A DNA stretch of 64,000 nt from Chrysomallon squamiferum (lineage: Eukaryota; Animalia; Mollusca). Where the stretch lies: positions 24,242,001 to 24,306,000 of the forward strand of contig CM022665.1 of assembly GCA_012295275.1 (NCBI GenBank), in the 5' to 3' direction. The translations under genes were made by a program, and so were the position numbers. Below are positions 1 through 13,707 of the stretch, in pieces. A model generated the notes under the pieces. That model worked only from the letters and a program-made list of their open reading frames with translations, had not been told where the DNA came from and searched no databases. Position 1 is the stretch's first letter. Each line of letters begins with the position of its first letter.

Positions 1-461
1 GCACTCAAGTATGTTTTAATTGGATACTTCTACTTTTCCTGATAAAGAATGTTTTGTTTTTATTATTATTACTTTTGTTTTTGGATCTGACGCGAGCAGT
101 TCTAGGTATAATATTCAGATGTGGAGTTTTAATATATTTTTTAAGCATATCAGAATTGTACTCTGAAAAGGTATAGAATTTGTGTTTTGTAATGGTTTAA
201 TGTTACTAATACAAATAATGTTATATGTGAAAATTATTTACGTGGTACTTTCTGCATTTTCTTTTCATAATTAAGATGAAACCAGAACACTATCGATAAT
301 TTTTATTATTATTACTGCTTCAAAATATAATGGTAAATTGTGAAAACATGTTTATCCTGAATCTAACTCTTTAAAAAAATACAATAACATTTTGCTATTA
401 TTTTTAATTTTTCTCATACTATTTATATTAAGACATTAATTTTGCCTTTTTTGTATCACAG

Positions 462-512
462 CAAACACTGACCATTAAATCCTTCATTAGTAAGAGTATG
501 ATACTGAAGGGA
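462..512 (+). CDS. KIF26: Possible small coding exon of the KIF26-like gene (QTLTIKSFISKSMILKG)
   Basis: Pyrimidine tract and acceptor tttgccttttttgtatcacag|, donor GGA|GTAAGT. It is 51 bp, open only in phase 0, and compatible with the phase-0 exon at 2460. Similarity to known KIF26 sequence is weak (QTL versus QAL in the recalled LKRQAL motif). Confidence 0.45.
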
Positions 513-2348
513 GTAAGTCAGTTTTTTCTAGTGCCTCAGTCTTCAGTGATAATTTGATATGCTCAATTGTTTTTCTTTAATTGTACAGACAACTCATCTG
601 AAAGGATTTTATACTTTTGCTTGATTATTTAAATAAATCATGTAAGTGTTTATAGGCATGTGTTATATATAAATATTATTATCATTATCATGACACTTCT
701 CTTCATTACTAACTTTTATCAACAATGACGCTTAACTTTTTCTATTATATCTGACATGTGCTCAAAAATCACAGTTCACAAAGCACATTCTACTTTAAAA
801 GATTACTATTAATACAATAATACTTTGTATTATATTGTTTTTAAACCGTTTTAAAATGACATACACTGAATGGTTTGAGGAAGTTGGTTTTCTTTTATTG
901 TCTCTCATATATGAGTTATCAAATGGAGGCCAGGGAAAAGAAAATAATGTGATGTCAGATATAAAAATTTAATCTCAGTAAAAAAAAAATATGTGTCAGC
1001 TTTTATCAGGTATGTTTGTGTTTTTAAGAAATGTTGTTTATTTAAATAAGATTCAGAATTATAAAATATTACATTATAATAAAATAAGATAGGCAGTCTG
1101 TACATTTTTATGACATTTTAGTACTAAATAACCCCCTTATCAATTTATCTTCATAGTTTTTTTCCTTTATTTATTATTTTTTTGTTTGTTTGGTTAGTTG
1201 GTTTTTTTTTTTCTTTGTTTATTGAAGTTTTTATGTTTATTTTTTTATTGACTTTTTTTTCTCTCTCTCTTTCACTTATTGCCTGCCTGCCTGTTTCTTT
1301 CTCTCTTTCATTCTCGGGTTCTTTTTGTTTTTTCTTATCTATCTCTCTCTATTTATTTATTTTCCATTCCCTCCCTCTCTCTTTCTTTCTTTCTCTCTCT
1401 CTCTGTCTTTTTTCTCTCACTATCTGTTTATCTAAATATCTTTAAGCATCATTATTAACAAAATTTTTCCACTGCGCTCCCTTCCCATCCCATCCTATCC
1501 CAGTAACAGCATCCACTTTTTAATTACAAGATAGGATGATAAAAGGTAATTGAAAAAATATTTTAAAAACTGAGTTAAGTTACAAAATTACAGGTTTAGA
1601 GAAGCATAAAAAAATATAAAAGGAAACAAATTTTAAATGTGAAATAAGAAAAATATATATATTTTTTAAATTTTGAAATGTGTTTCTAGCAGATAACAAA
1701 ATGAAAACATAATTAAAGATATAAAGAAATAAAAAAAAAAAAGTTAAAAAAAAGTCGAAGACTAATATTATTAACAACTTGTGTGGCTGTTCATTATTAA
1801 AACTTCAACTTTGTACAGAGTTGACCTTTCTGACCTAATGTGTGTGGTGGTGACATAACAGTTCACCCCTAAAACACTTATAGTGTTGTATTTCGTTATC
1901 CACTGACTCAGGCCTTGTTTCGGGGGCAGGGTGAGGGCTGTTTGAAGCCCTGAATGAACACAAGATGTCTCTTATACAGGTGCAGTTTTACTGTCAAGTT
2001 AAAGTTACAAATTTTTTATCAGCTCTTCACAAGAACCACTACTTAAAAAAAAAAAACGTCTTCATGTGCGTAACTTGAGACCTTTTTACAAGTGGCGACA
2101 AATTGTTTGAACGTGTTGTTATTCACCGACAATACTTCACACATAAAAAAAACCTCTTTTATCTTCCCTCTATTCACATTTTTTTTTATTAAGCTGACAG
2201 ATGCATCTTTAAACAAATGAAGTCCTCTTAACATCTTCTGAAGTCAACGTTTTATTTTTTTTATTTTTACCTTTTTTCATCTTGCCCTAGGGCAGAATTC
2301 TTACAAGTGGTTAAGGGTGATGGATTATTATGCAATGTAGATTAATGG

Positions 2349-2353
<5 letters not shown>

Positions 2354-2411
<58 letters not shown>
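2354..2411. repeat. Poly-T tract upstream of the exon 2460 acceptor
   Basis: Uninterrupted T run. Confidence 0.95.
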
Positions 2412-2416
<5 letters not shown>

Positions 2417-2459
2417 TTTTTTTTTATATATATATATTTTTTATTTTTGGCTTTTATAG

Positions 2460-2698
2460 AGTTTACCTCTGGAGAAAATCCACAATAAACTTCAAGTGCC
2501 TGAAACGTTTCGCAAACATCTGAGTGCAAGGAACGTGTGTGATGTGTGTGAGACTCACGTGAGGCAGCTCAAACAGGAAGCTATCACAATGATCCACTCC
2601 ATCCAGCAGGCCCAGTCCTCGTCCTCCAGTCCGGCCAGTATCCCAGTCCTCATTGGGTCCTGCAACATCGTGTCTACGAATCAGCAACAGACAAACAG
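2460..2698 (+). CDS. KIF26: KIF26 (kinesin-11) N-terminal exon: SLPLEKIHNKLQVPETFRKHLSARNVCDVCETHVRQLKQEAITMIHSIQQAQ...IPVLIGSCNIVSTNQQQTN(R)
   Basis: Long T tract plus ttttatag| acceptor, CAG|GTAAAA donor, phase 0 to 2. The peptide matches the KIF26B motif I recall (IHDKLQVP...CDICATHLNQLKQEAIQMV...IPTLVGS). Confidence 0.93.
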
Positions 2699-3125
2699 GT
2701 AAAAACAGTTTAATTTTAATTTCATTTTTATAATATTCACAGAATTAAAAAAAAAAAAAAAATAATATTATTATTTTTAATTACAAAAAAATATTTCAAA
2801 ATTTGTATGATTTCAGAATAAAGTTGTGTTAGAAATTTTATTTTTTTAAATATACATTTTAAAATGTTTTTTCTAGGTTATATTTTTTACTATATTTAAA
2901 GATGTTCAGAGATATATAAGGAAATTATATTGATGTAATAATATGAATTAGGTTGCAGTTTAGTAAACAAAATATAATAATTTATCTGTCATATAACTGT
3001 AGTGTGTTTGTGTCTGTCAGTCTGTGTAAATATCAGAAAGTATATTTAGTTGTTTAATCTGAGAATAATAGAAAAGTATGTTGGTGAGAACAGGTTTGTA
3101 CTAATTTAGTATCTAATATACTGGG

Positions 3126-3162
<37 letters not shown>

Positions 3163-5947
3163 AATTTTATTTTGATTCTGGACGGGTGTATCACAAGTTA
3201 ATCTGTGGAAAATTAAATAACACATCATGTTCTACATAGAGCTCTCATTCTCCAAAAGTAGTGTTTAAAAAGACCACATGAAACATAAAATGTGGAAAAT
3301 GTATTGAAGGGAAATAACTCTTGTCAGCTAATTTTCAAACTAGCTTGTTTCTGACACTGTTGAAACAAGTAACTATAATTTTAGATTAATCCATGTATAT
3401 GTCTGTCTGTTCACTTACAGAATGATATTTGTTTTCTATAATTCTATTCATAAATAATCCTTATTCAAATAAACAGAAACCTTTATTTGTAGTTTACCAT
3501 ATCCTGTTGTATTCAGTATTCTTGTGCTCAATTAATAATATATTGTTACACAGGGATGACATTTCAAATTACTTTTCTGAATATATACCATAATTTAAAT
3601 CTTAAATTTTCTCTTACACATATTAAATAAACAACTGCCAATTTTAAAAATGATCAGTCCATGCCTGAATATCTGCCATGTTGGTACTTGTCTGTATTAC
3701 GCAGACAGTCATTCCATACAAGGAAGGATTTGATGAACCTTTTGTGGTCCATAGATCAGCCTAAGTCAGCACAACGTTGTGCAACTGATAACTTAATTAC
3801 AGTTGTAAAACCAACTGATATGGTTTTCTGTCACATTATTTCTTCCAAACTCAGACCTCTTCAGCTAATGCAATTTGACAAGTTGTAATTTGCAATAAAT
3901 GGCTGTGAAATCTTCAAGAGAACCAGTATTTAAAACATTAAAATGACAAGCTGGGTTTAAATCAAGACCAAGGGCGATATTACGCATCCCTTTTATTTCT
4001 AACATGTCTGTGCCTTAATTTATGAAGTGAAGCCAAAACATTTAGAATTTACTTGACAATAAAATCTTGAAAAGTCAGCAAGATTGGAATAATCGGGCCA
4101 AGCGAAGCCATCTTCTTCGGAAGAGTGGAGACAATAAAACTCAACTAACTTCCAAGATGTGAAGCTATGGGTCCATATTTTCTAATCAAGAGTTCTCTGT
4201 GAGTGATCAAACGCGGCTTTCTGTCGCAATCTTGGTTGAAATAGAAGACGTCTTTATGTTGTTGATTTGTTACAAAAAAAAAAAAAAAGTAATAATAATG
4301 ATAAATAAATAAATAAATTAACAAAGATAAAAAAAAAAATTATGAAAGAGATAAATGAAGATAATTTTTTATTTGTTTTACTGGTATTATTATTATTATT
4401 ATTATTTATTATTAATTTGTTATTTGTTATCATCCTTGATTTGTCTTAGATTCTGGTTACTTGAAATAAAGACTTTTTATTAGTTATACTGATTTATTAT
4501 TTCATCTGTACTTAATGGTTATTAATTATTATCAAATCATACATTACTTTCCTAATATTAATTTTTTTTAAGTAATATCTTTATATTATATTTATCTTTA
4601 TTGTTTTTAATAATGTTAAAATCAAAATCAATTTTTTGGTTTTTTTAATTAATAATTTTAAAATTTTGTAAAATATGAATTTGTAAAGTAATAATAATAA
4701 TAATAAATTTCAAAACCTGATACAAAAGTGAAAAACAGTTTAATAAATGTTTGAAAATGTTTCAGAAATTTTGTTGGAAAATAGATCTAGCTTAATTGTA
4801 AAATATTATTATTTAGTTACTTATTTATTTATTATTATTGTTATTACTAATTATTTATTTGTTTATATGTCTTTTTCATTATTATTTTTCTTAATTTCAA
4901 ATTTACTGCACTTTTTACTACAGGTCACTAACTTTCATGAAATATCATCCTCAGTTTCTGTCTAATTTTTTCATAAAACAGGAATTTGTAATTCAGTTAT
5001 AAACATTCCTGCATAGCTAATCCGATTACCTGAATGACTCCATGACCAAATGTTAAATTAATTCAATTGTCACTAGTTGATCTGCAGGCATTTAACTCAA
5101 TTTGTGCAAAAAATATCTAGTGCTCAGAAACAGGATGGCATGGACAAGGGTGAAAAAATAACAACAGAATTATACATTTGTCGAGACATGGCCAGCTCTG
5201 CTAACTGTTATCCCCAATTTCCTATCAATCCCCTCTTTCTCTGATTGATGTCTTAATGCATGTTCATTGTCACTGATGCCCGTCACTGGGTGCCCGTTGA
5301 TTCATCGCTCTGGTGCCACGATCTAGTGCCACGTTCTGGTGCCACTGTTCCTGTCTGACAGCATTTCAGCACACGTCCAAATTTCAACTATTAAGCCCCA
5401 TCTGCAAGTGTTTGGCCTGTGTGAATTTTTTTAATCAGTCCAGATTAACAGTCTTTGTATGACATGTGGTTCATCTGACCATCTGATATTAATAAAACTC
5501 TGCCGATCAATAGGTAACGAGTTGCTGCATTGTTTCGTCAGAAAACTTGTCAAAACTGACAGCTCTGAGAGGCTTCGATAGTTCATTGGCAGGCGATTTG
5601 TATTAGCTGGCAATTGTGTGAAGAAATCTGAAGAAGAATGCCATTACTTGGAGATTGTGTTACGGAATTTGGGAGAGATTTTCCCCGTTTAATTATATGA
5701 AGGTAAACACTGGCTTGTAGCCATTCGAAATTATTTCTCAATTTTGATAATTGATTTCACTTTTCAAGCAAGGAAATGGAATAATTATAGTTTTAGTTAA
5801 AAAAATATTGTGGGTTTTCCCAGTGTGTCAAAATAAAATGAAAACTGAACAGATGAGTCTCAGATTTCTTAGTTATATTATTTTTTAACTCAAGGAGAAC
5901 AGTGCATACCATGGTGTTTGATGTATCAAATAGTTTCAGGTTTTTAA

Positions 5948-5978
<31 letters not shown>

Positions 5979-6199
5979 GAAGGAGGGAATAAATAAAAAA
6001 AATAAAAAAGGAAAATTGAAAAGATTTTTTTAATTATTGTTATAACTGACAAAACAATACATACCATGATGTTTAAGTTAAATTTATTTAGTGGCCATTA
6101 TTGTTTTATTACAGGCTTTATAATAGAACTTAAAGAGATTCATTGTCACAATTTGTTATGCAGTTTTTATCCATTCCAACCACTGCTCATTTTCTATGA

Positions 6200-6450
6200 C
6201 ATTTCTAGTTAGAGCATTGGCCTGAAGAATGATGGGTTACAGAATCAAACCTTATTAGTGGTTTTTCTCTTTTATCAAAGAATGTAGTAAATGCTTTCCT
6301 GTGTTTATAGACATGCAAACAAAACAGATCCCATACTGTGAAAATAAGCTAATAAATTTACTTTTTCATGTCATAGTTGTATAAAAAACATAAGAGCATC
6401 ATCCAATAACCATTAATGTTAAAATGTGCTGAGATGGTTTTAAAAAATAC
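6200..6450 (+). mobile_element. Decayed tRNA-derived SINE-like element
   Basis: tRNA-like head (ttagagcattggcctgaag...aatcaaacc) and tail (taaccattaatgttaaaatgtgctgag), similar to the reverse complement of the copy at 33095-33410. Boundaries are approximate. Confidence 0.45.
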
Positions 6451-7200
6451 ATATTATCCTTATGACACAACACACAACAGTATGTCCCATAGCTGTGTAA
6501 AGATGCCATACCCTGGATTATTTCATAGACCCTGACGTTATTTCACAGAACCACCTGACAACCTAGTGACATCCCACTGAGCCAGCATGCCATCAGATCA
6601 ACACTTTCCTTTCTTATCAAGATATTTATATAATTAAGATGTGATACCAGATTTAATATATGGCTATCACGATACCATCAAATCAGCTTCTCCACATATG
6701 AGGGACAACTTGTGAAAAATTAGCTGCCTCAGGGTAAGCTAATTCTGATATATGTGTGAGTGTGATCTGCGACGGGACTTGTGCCAATATTTACTACAAT
6801 CTGTGATTTACATCATGCCTCGGAGGATTAACGTATCTTCTCAATTGAAGAGTTTACTTTTAATCAGACCCAAGGCAGGGAGGTCAAATTTAAGCCAGGC
6901 AGAGGTAGGGTGTAACAATGCAACACAGAAAAGATTTTTCACCAAGTATTAATGATGTACCAAGCCAGTGGTTTCATATCAAAGTATTTTATAGCCAGAA
7001 GGTGACAGAAATGACCATCTATTGATGTAAATCTGGTGACCATGAGCTGAAGATGTTTAAGTGGAAAACGTGTATAATCATTCTCTTTGGTGTCTAAACA
7101 GAAGACAGAAAATTGAAAATATTTATGTCCTCAACTATTTTCTATAGGTTATCATTATTTGTTTATGTATCTAGATTAGATTTTTTTCCTTCATTACATG

Positions 7201-7320
7201 GGTGTGTGTCTGGGATGTGTATTTGGGTGTGTGTTTGTGAGTATGTGTGTGTATGTATGTATGAATATATGTGTATGTATGTATGTATGTATGTATGTAT
7301 GTATGTGTATTGTCTGTGTA
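7201..7320. repeat. (GT)n/(GTAT)n compound microsatellite
   Basis: Direct reading. Confidence 0.9.
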
Positions 7321-7754
7321 TATATTTATTGACAGACATGCATGCAATAGAGATGAATATAATTTTATTTTTTTTGTAAGAATATATCTATTTGTAGTGT
7401 ATGCATATTGATGTATGTTCATACATATGAGTTGGTACATGTGTGTGTGTGAGTGTGAGTGTCATACATGTACACACCCACATACACATTCAAATAAATA
7501 CATTTATTATAAACACTTTACATAAGTGATGTCAGTTTATAACCCAGGCTTAAACCAAATTCTTCCAATAGTGGTGTAACATGGCAATAAAGGTCATTCA
7601 CACTTGACTGTCTCTAGCGGGCCCAGTTAATGCTTCTGATACAAAGGCAATCATCACACAGGTTAGTGTAATGAACCAGCCAGGTAGTCAGTGAGCAATG
7701 GGAGGATAGCCACTCTGTGTCACTAGTCTCTTAATAGACATTTTCTCTTACCAG

Positions 7755-7884
7755 GTTGGTACGTCAGGGCAAGTCCTCAGCCTACAACACTCCCTCTGGG
7801 ACTGGATTACCCATAGCAGCCCAGGCACAGGCCTATCTGGAGCAGAATGTCCGAGCTTGGATGAATCCGAAAAAGTGTAGTCAG
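7755..7884 (+). CDS. KIF26: KIF26 exon: (R)LVRQGKSSAYNTPSGTGLPIAAQAQAYLEQNVRAWMNPKKCSQ
   Basis: Acceptor ttttctcttaccag|, donor CAG|GTCAGT, 130 bp, phase 2 to 0, joining both neighbouring exons in frame. IAAQAQAYLE resembles the recalled KIF26B VAIQAHQYLD. It is absent from the ORF track. Confidence 0.88.
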
Positions 7885-9764
7885 GTCAGTGGAGTTTTAA
7901 ATTAAAAAAATAATATATATATGTAATCTCTTTTTTTTAATTGGTTTAATAAAATTCTGAAGATGATTGTTTTCAGTCATGTGTCAGGTATATGAATAGA
8001 ATATTAAAAACTGATAAATCAGCCTTTTTTTTTTTAATTTGTATTACAGTTTATATTTATTTATATATCTGGACTATTTGTCTGTTTGCTTTAACCATTA
8101 ATTTTATTTTTATTTTACTGATTATTTTACTCATTTATTTCATTTTTAATATGTATTTATTTTCTGAATACATATTAATCTTTAAAATAAAAAATATTTT
8201 GTTAAAAGAATAATTTACCAGTATTTTATACTGCTGTTGATAATAAACTTGGGTAAAGTAATTTTTAAAATTTCTTTTAAGATCAGAAATCCACAAACAG
8301 TATTAATGTTAATTTATATTTGTCAAAGTCTAAGTCCTTGCAAGTCTTAAAAAATTGGTATTGTTTATTTTGTAAAATATTTCACCAATAATTTATGTTG
8401 TATCTGATAACTTAGATAAAATAATCTTTCCAATTTATTTTAACTCATGAATTAAGAATCTTTTAACATTAAATATAGTATCTGTCACTGGACTGGACAC
8501 AAGCATCTTTTAAAAATTAAATACCTGGAAAGCGACATATCATCCTCTTAACACATATTATATAATGATTAATAATAATAACAACAATAATACCATTCCA
8601 ACTCAACCACCAAAGCCTTTAAATCATTTCAGTGAAAAGTGAACAATAAGAAAAATAACTTAATTATGTGTCAAGTAGATTTGTGCAGTTGCCTAAGGAT
8701 ATAAGCTCATCTCTGCAAGTACAGGAAACCGTAGGACACTTGTCATTCTTGTTACATCAGAATAATCCAGTTTCTGCTTTTCACAGTGCCAAGGCTGTCA
8801 ATTAGTAACCCAGCAAGGCTTACCCAGACAAGTGGTAACAGGGTGTGATAACTCTAAACCACTTGAGTACATCTTGTTTGTCAAACTAATGCTTGTTGTG
8901 TAAGGATGGTGGTGCAGTAAGAAGCAGCTTAGAGCAAATATTTTGTATGGGGATAGTTGACTTGTCATATAATTTTGGAATAATTTTATTGTAGGATGTT
9001 CTATTATTTGTTGAAAATATTATTATTATTATTATTATTATTTACATTTTATTATTTATGTGTTTTATTTTGATTAAGACTCTAATTTTTGTTCATTTAA
9101 AAAAAAAAAAAAATTATTTTAACTTTTAGAAAAATTTTAATGTTAAAAACAGATAAAACACTAAAAACTCTGTATTGTTGGTTTATTGTCTTTACAACAA
9201 GCTTGCTACAACTGTCAGAGAATGTCAACTGACTGTATTATATTGCCATAGTTTTTAACAAACCATGTAGAATTATTATTATTATTTTTTGTTTTGTTTC
9301 TGGGACAAAAAGTAATACCCGTTGTCCTTTTAAGCAATTAAAATAAACAAAATAATTTCAGTAATTATTACTGAATATAAAAAGAAAGCAAAAATCTCCA
9401 GATCCAGTGATAGAGAAGATGGATGGCTTGTTACATCACGTTTTCTAAGCAACAAATTATGATGTAATGTTACAGTCACCAAATGATTCTCTGTATGTAT
9501 TATCAGTCTGGATGGTAGCAGGATTAAAAACCATTTCATGTAAGTACTAAAACAAAATATAAAGAAAGAAATATTTGGTTAACCTAAGAAAGATTATTAA
9601 ATGAAACTCCTGAATCAGAATTCTTATTAGTCAAATGTTTGTGACATGGAGTTACGTCATTCAGTTATTTCCCCCTTTTACTGTACTCTTCATGATGAAG
9701 TAAGCACTACATACAAAAATATAGTGAAATGTATATTTAGTGAAATTTTTTATGTTGAAAAAAC

Positions 9765-9985
9765 AAATAATAAATATTTTATTTAATGGTACACTTAATA
9801 GTTTTAATATATGTTTATATGATATACACATTTAGTTAATGACTTTACAAATAATGAGAAAGGAAAGCCACTGCCAGCACATTGTGAATTTTTAGGGTTT
9901 TTTTGTTTTAAATTAGCAGCAAGAGATTTTATATATACCTTGTACATACCACAAACTTTGACAAAACCAGTCATGATGTAAAGGA
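9765..9985 (-). mobile_element. Decayed SINE-like element, core and tail
   Basis: Shares aggaaa..cactgc...tagcagcaag.g...ttttatat..acc...cataccac with the copies near 33190 and 55640. Confidence 0.5.
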
Positions 9986-10106
9986 TGGGATGGACTTGTT
10001 AATATATAAATTGTTAAATTTATTATTTGCTTGCTTTGGTTTGTATATGAACTTGACAATAGTACTATATGTTAACTACTCTATAAAGCCTTTTTTCCTG
10101 CAGTGA

Positions 10107-10142
<36 letters not shown>

Positions 10143-12889
10143 TTAGTTCTTGTATGTGATTCTTTACTATCAAGTTAATACATTAAATCTGTGCACTTCT
10201 GCTAAATGAAAATGTTTTTGTTTCCTTTTCATGTGACAGAAGATTTTGTTACAACTTCTTAAAACAGATCCACTCAAAAAGATAAAAAAGGCTAAAAACC
10301 TTTTTCTTTTTCTTACATGTTACCTATCCCATGGGAGTGGATTGTTTTCAGACATGTTATATCACAGTTGCTTTTCTAGTTGTAATTCTAATTAAACCAG
10401 TTCAGAGACCATTGTAATAGTTGACCATTTATGTAAGTTAGATTCTTCTACTAATGATTATAATGATAATTTTAAATTTACGCTTAGAGCAATTATTATT
10501 ATTATTATCATTATCATCATCAATATAATTTGTTTCACTGTTTCATTTACTAGTTTATAACATAAAGTATTATATTCTCTTCGTTTTTTAATTTTTAATT
10601 TATTTTATACAACATTATTATTTATTTAAAATAAAACTTTAAAAAAAAAAAAAAAAAAAATAATGGAACCATTTTTAAAACTTCTATAAAAAAAGAAAAT
10701 TAAAAAAGGGAGATGGAAGAAAAAGACCCTCAGCCTTTCAGTGTGATAATTAATTTAATTACTGCTATAACTATAAACTGTTTTATGTTGTTTTTAAATT
10801 ATTTACCTGTGTATTTTCCTCAGAGAGTCATTCTCTATCTTAATTTATTGATGTCATTTCTTATCCATCATTACTGTTATGAGTCACTTATTTTTTTGAA
10901 TCCAGCTCTACCATGTAATGAGAAACAAAATATCCTCACACAGCTCTGAGAGATATTAATAAATTTTGCATCTGGTTTATTTAAAAATAGATACTGGAAT
11001 TAAGAAAAAAATAATTAAAAAAAAAAAAAAGAAGAAGAAAACGTTCACTAAATGTCACGGTTGATTTAGTGGTTGATTTGTATTCATAAATGACATCATA
11101 AGAGCAATCATTCCACAATACGCGTCATGCAATTCACGACACCAGAAACCTCACTCTAGTGTCTTGAATTTTTAATTCTGCTCTGCGTTCCATACTCTGT
11201 GGAATACATCTCCAAACAAGCCATTTTACATTTCATCAAGCAGGCACAACATTCTTAGAAAACAGAGAGAAAAAATTCAATAAAACATGTTGCAAGAATA
11301 CCACTGGGATCCTCATATCATTATAACCATGGTCGTCAAGAGACACCACTCTTTAATTAGAGTTTTTGGTGACATCTGTATTTTTCAGTGTCCTCTCAGC
11401 TCTCATCATCATGCATTTAAAAAAAAATTAAAAAAATCCTAATTTTTTTTATTTTTTTATTTCTGTCTTGTTCCTTCACATGTTCCTGCTAGTGTCGTGC
11501 ATAACATTTGATTGGGTTTTCCTGGCAGGTCTGAATTTTAATATCATTTTCTCTGAACAGGAATAAAATTAACACAAAGAGTTATATCATTTTCTTGTGA
11601 GTTTTTTTTGTAATTTATTTATTTTTTGTCTTTTTTAAGATTAAAATGAAGAGAATTAATGTTTTGATTTTAATGTTAGTGTTAGCATAGACTGGAGATT
11701 TTTTCTATTTTAATTTTTTTTTTTTTTAAATAAATAAATAAAAATTGGAAATGTGTTTCAAAAAACAATTTCGAAAAATTCTTTTAAAATTAATCAAAAA
11801 TTCTTTAAAATTTAATTCCAGAATATTATTTACTATATTCAAATTTAAAAATAATTCATTTACTGGTAATGTAATGTTAGTAATATATTTATTATTTGTA
11901 TCTTATAATTTTAAAAATTTATTTTCATGTTGATCTTAAAATTTAAAAATTAGTATTTTAAACAGTAAATTCTTTGTCTGAACTAATGAAATTTTTATAT
12001 TTTTTACTGGTTTTAATTTAATGAAAATTAATGTGATTTTTATCAGTATTACTAAGCCTTAACATTTTTAAAATTTTATAAAAAAAATCCATTTGTCTGT
12101 CAGTCTGTCCATGTGTGCTTTAGTCTGTTCACTATATTTCTAATTACTTTTTGAACTTTTTAGCATTGTGTGTGTCTTGATCATTATCCATTTAATTAAA
12201 TTTAATTAGATAATATCTAAACACATTTAACACAAAGACAACTTTTAAAATTCAGTTAATTAAAATCTAAAGTGAAAATCCATGCAATTTAAAAACAGTT
12301 TTTGTTCTTTCATTTTATTCTCTCTCTCTAAATATCTAAGACTATATCAGTTTTCTCTACCATTCATTGGCTGTGTTTGGAAAAACGCTCTAAGCCACTT
12401 GCAAAGTTATCTTAAAGTTTTTTGTTACCCTAGGAAACAAAGCTTAATTTGTATTTCTGCTTGGAGGCTAATGTCGAGAATCATCAAGAATTGGTTTGAT
12501 TGTAATGAACTCAAATAAAACTTCCCATCTGAAGAGTTTGCCAAACACAAAGTAGTATTAAATGAGTTTTCTGCATCAAGCTGTTCTGCTGGCTGTTTGC
12601 CTGCATTGGCCTCGACTCAAATGTCACCATCAACATTCGATTATCATATTAATTCTTTAAATCTTTCACAAATAGTTTGTTCATAGAAATGAAGAAACAA
12701 CATTAAAAAAAAATTATAATCTTCACATTATTATTTTTTAGAAAAATATTTCCATAAAAGCTCTCAATGGATTTAACCATTTTTTCCTTTTTTTTTTTTT
12801 TTTTTTTTTTTTGTTGTTGTTGTATAAACTGAATTGTAGCGTGCAGAAATAAAAAGCAATAAAATCTAGTCTTTAGATATGACTAATCC

Positions 12890-12892
<3 letters not shown>

Positions 12893-12983
<91 letters not shown>

Positions 12984-12990
12984 CTCTTTC
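12893..12990. repeat. (CT)n microsatellite
   Basis: Direct reading. Confidence 0.95.
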
Positions 12991-13676
12991 TGTACAAAGC
13001 AAACAGTTAAACAAGATCACACAATACGCTCTTCATTGCTCAAACTTATTTTGTATTTATAGAAAAACATATCCCATAAACTGTTTGGCTTTGTGTCATA
13101 AAGCCACAGTATTGTCTGGTGTAGTTGTACAAAGGTCCCAGCTGACTGCAGGAAAACTCTCTGATGTTCCAATGATCTGATAGCTAATTGGCTTGATTAC
13201 AATCATAAAAAACTTTGTGCATGTTTTTGGCATTACCCCTATGGGCATGCTATTCACTTGCATGTGTTTGCCAGTTGCTGAGGTCATCTCTTTTCTCTCT
13301 CTCTCTTTTTTTTTTTCAAGCCTTAATAATTTTTTTCTAAACAGTCTGCCTCAAGGGTTTTGGCCTTCAGTTGCAAAAGTTCTGAATGTCTTCGTTAAGC
13401 AAAGGCTTACTGATGATACGATGGTGCTGCGATGGTTATCAGTGATAAATTGCTCAAGTTTGTTATCATGTTGTTATATTATTTTATTTATTTTTTATTA
13501 TTATTATCTTTTTTTTTTTTTTTTTTTTTAAGTTAGTAAAATGTTAACTGCTCATTTCCTGAGGTTTGAATACCTCAGAAATTAACATTAAACAACATTT
13601 TTTTTGTTGTTGTTGTTTCTGTATGAAAGGTTTGTAGGTGTTGTTGTTTTTTTTTTTTTCTTTTTGGGGGGGTTGT

Positions 13677-13707
<31 letters not shown>

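Noticed and set aside
5638-5708. ATG-started frame before the AAG|GTAAAC donor
   Set aside because: TGA at 5698 ends the frame that would match exon 7755, so it is at most a non-coding exon.
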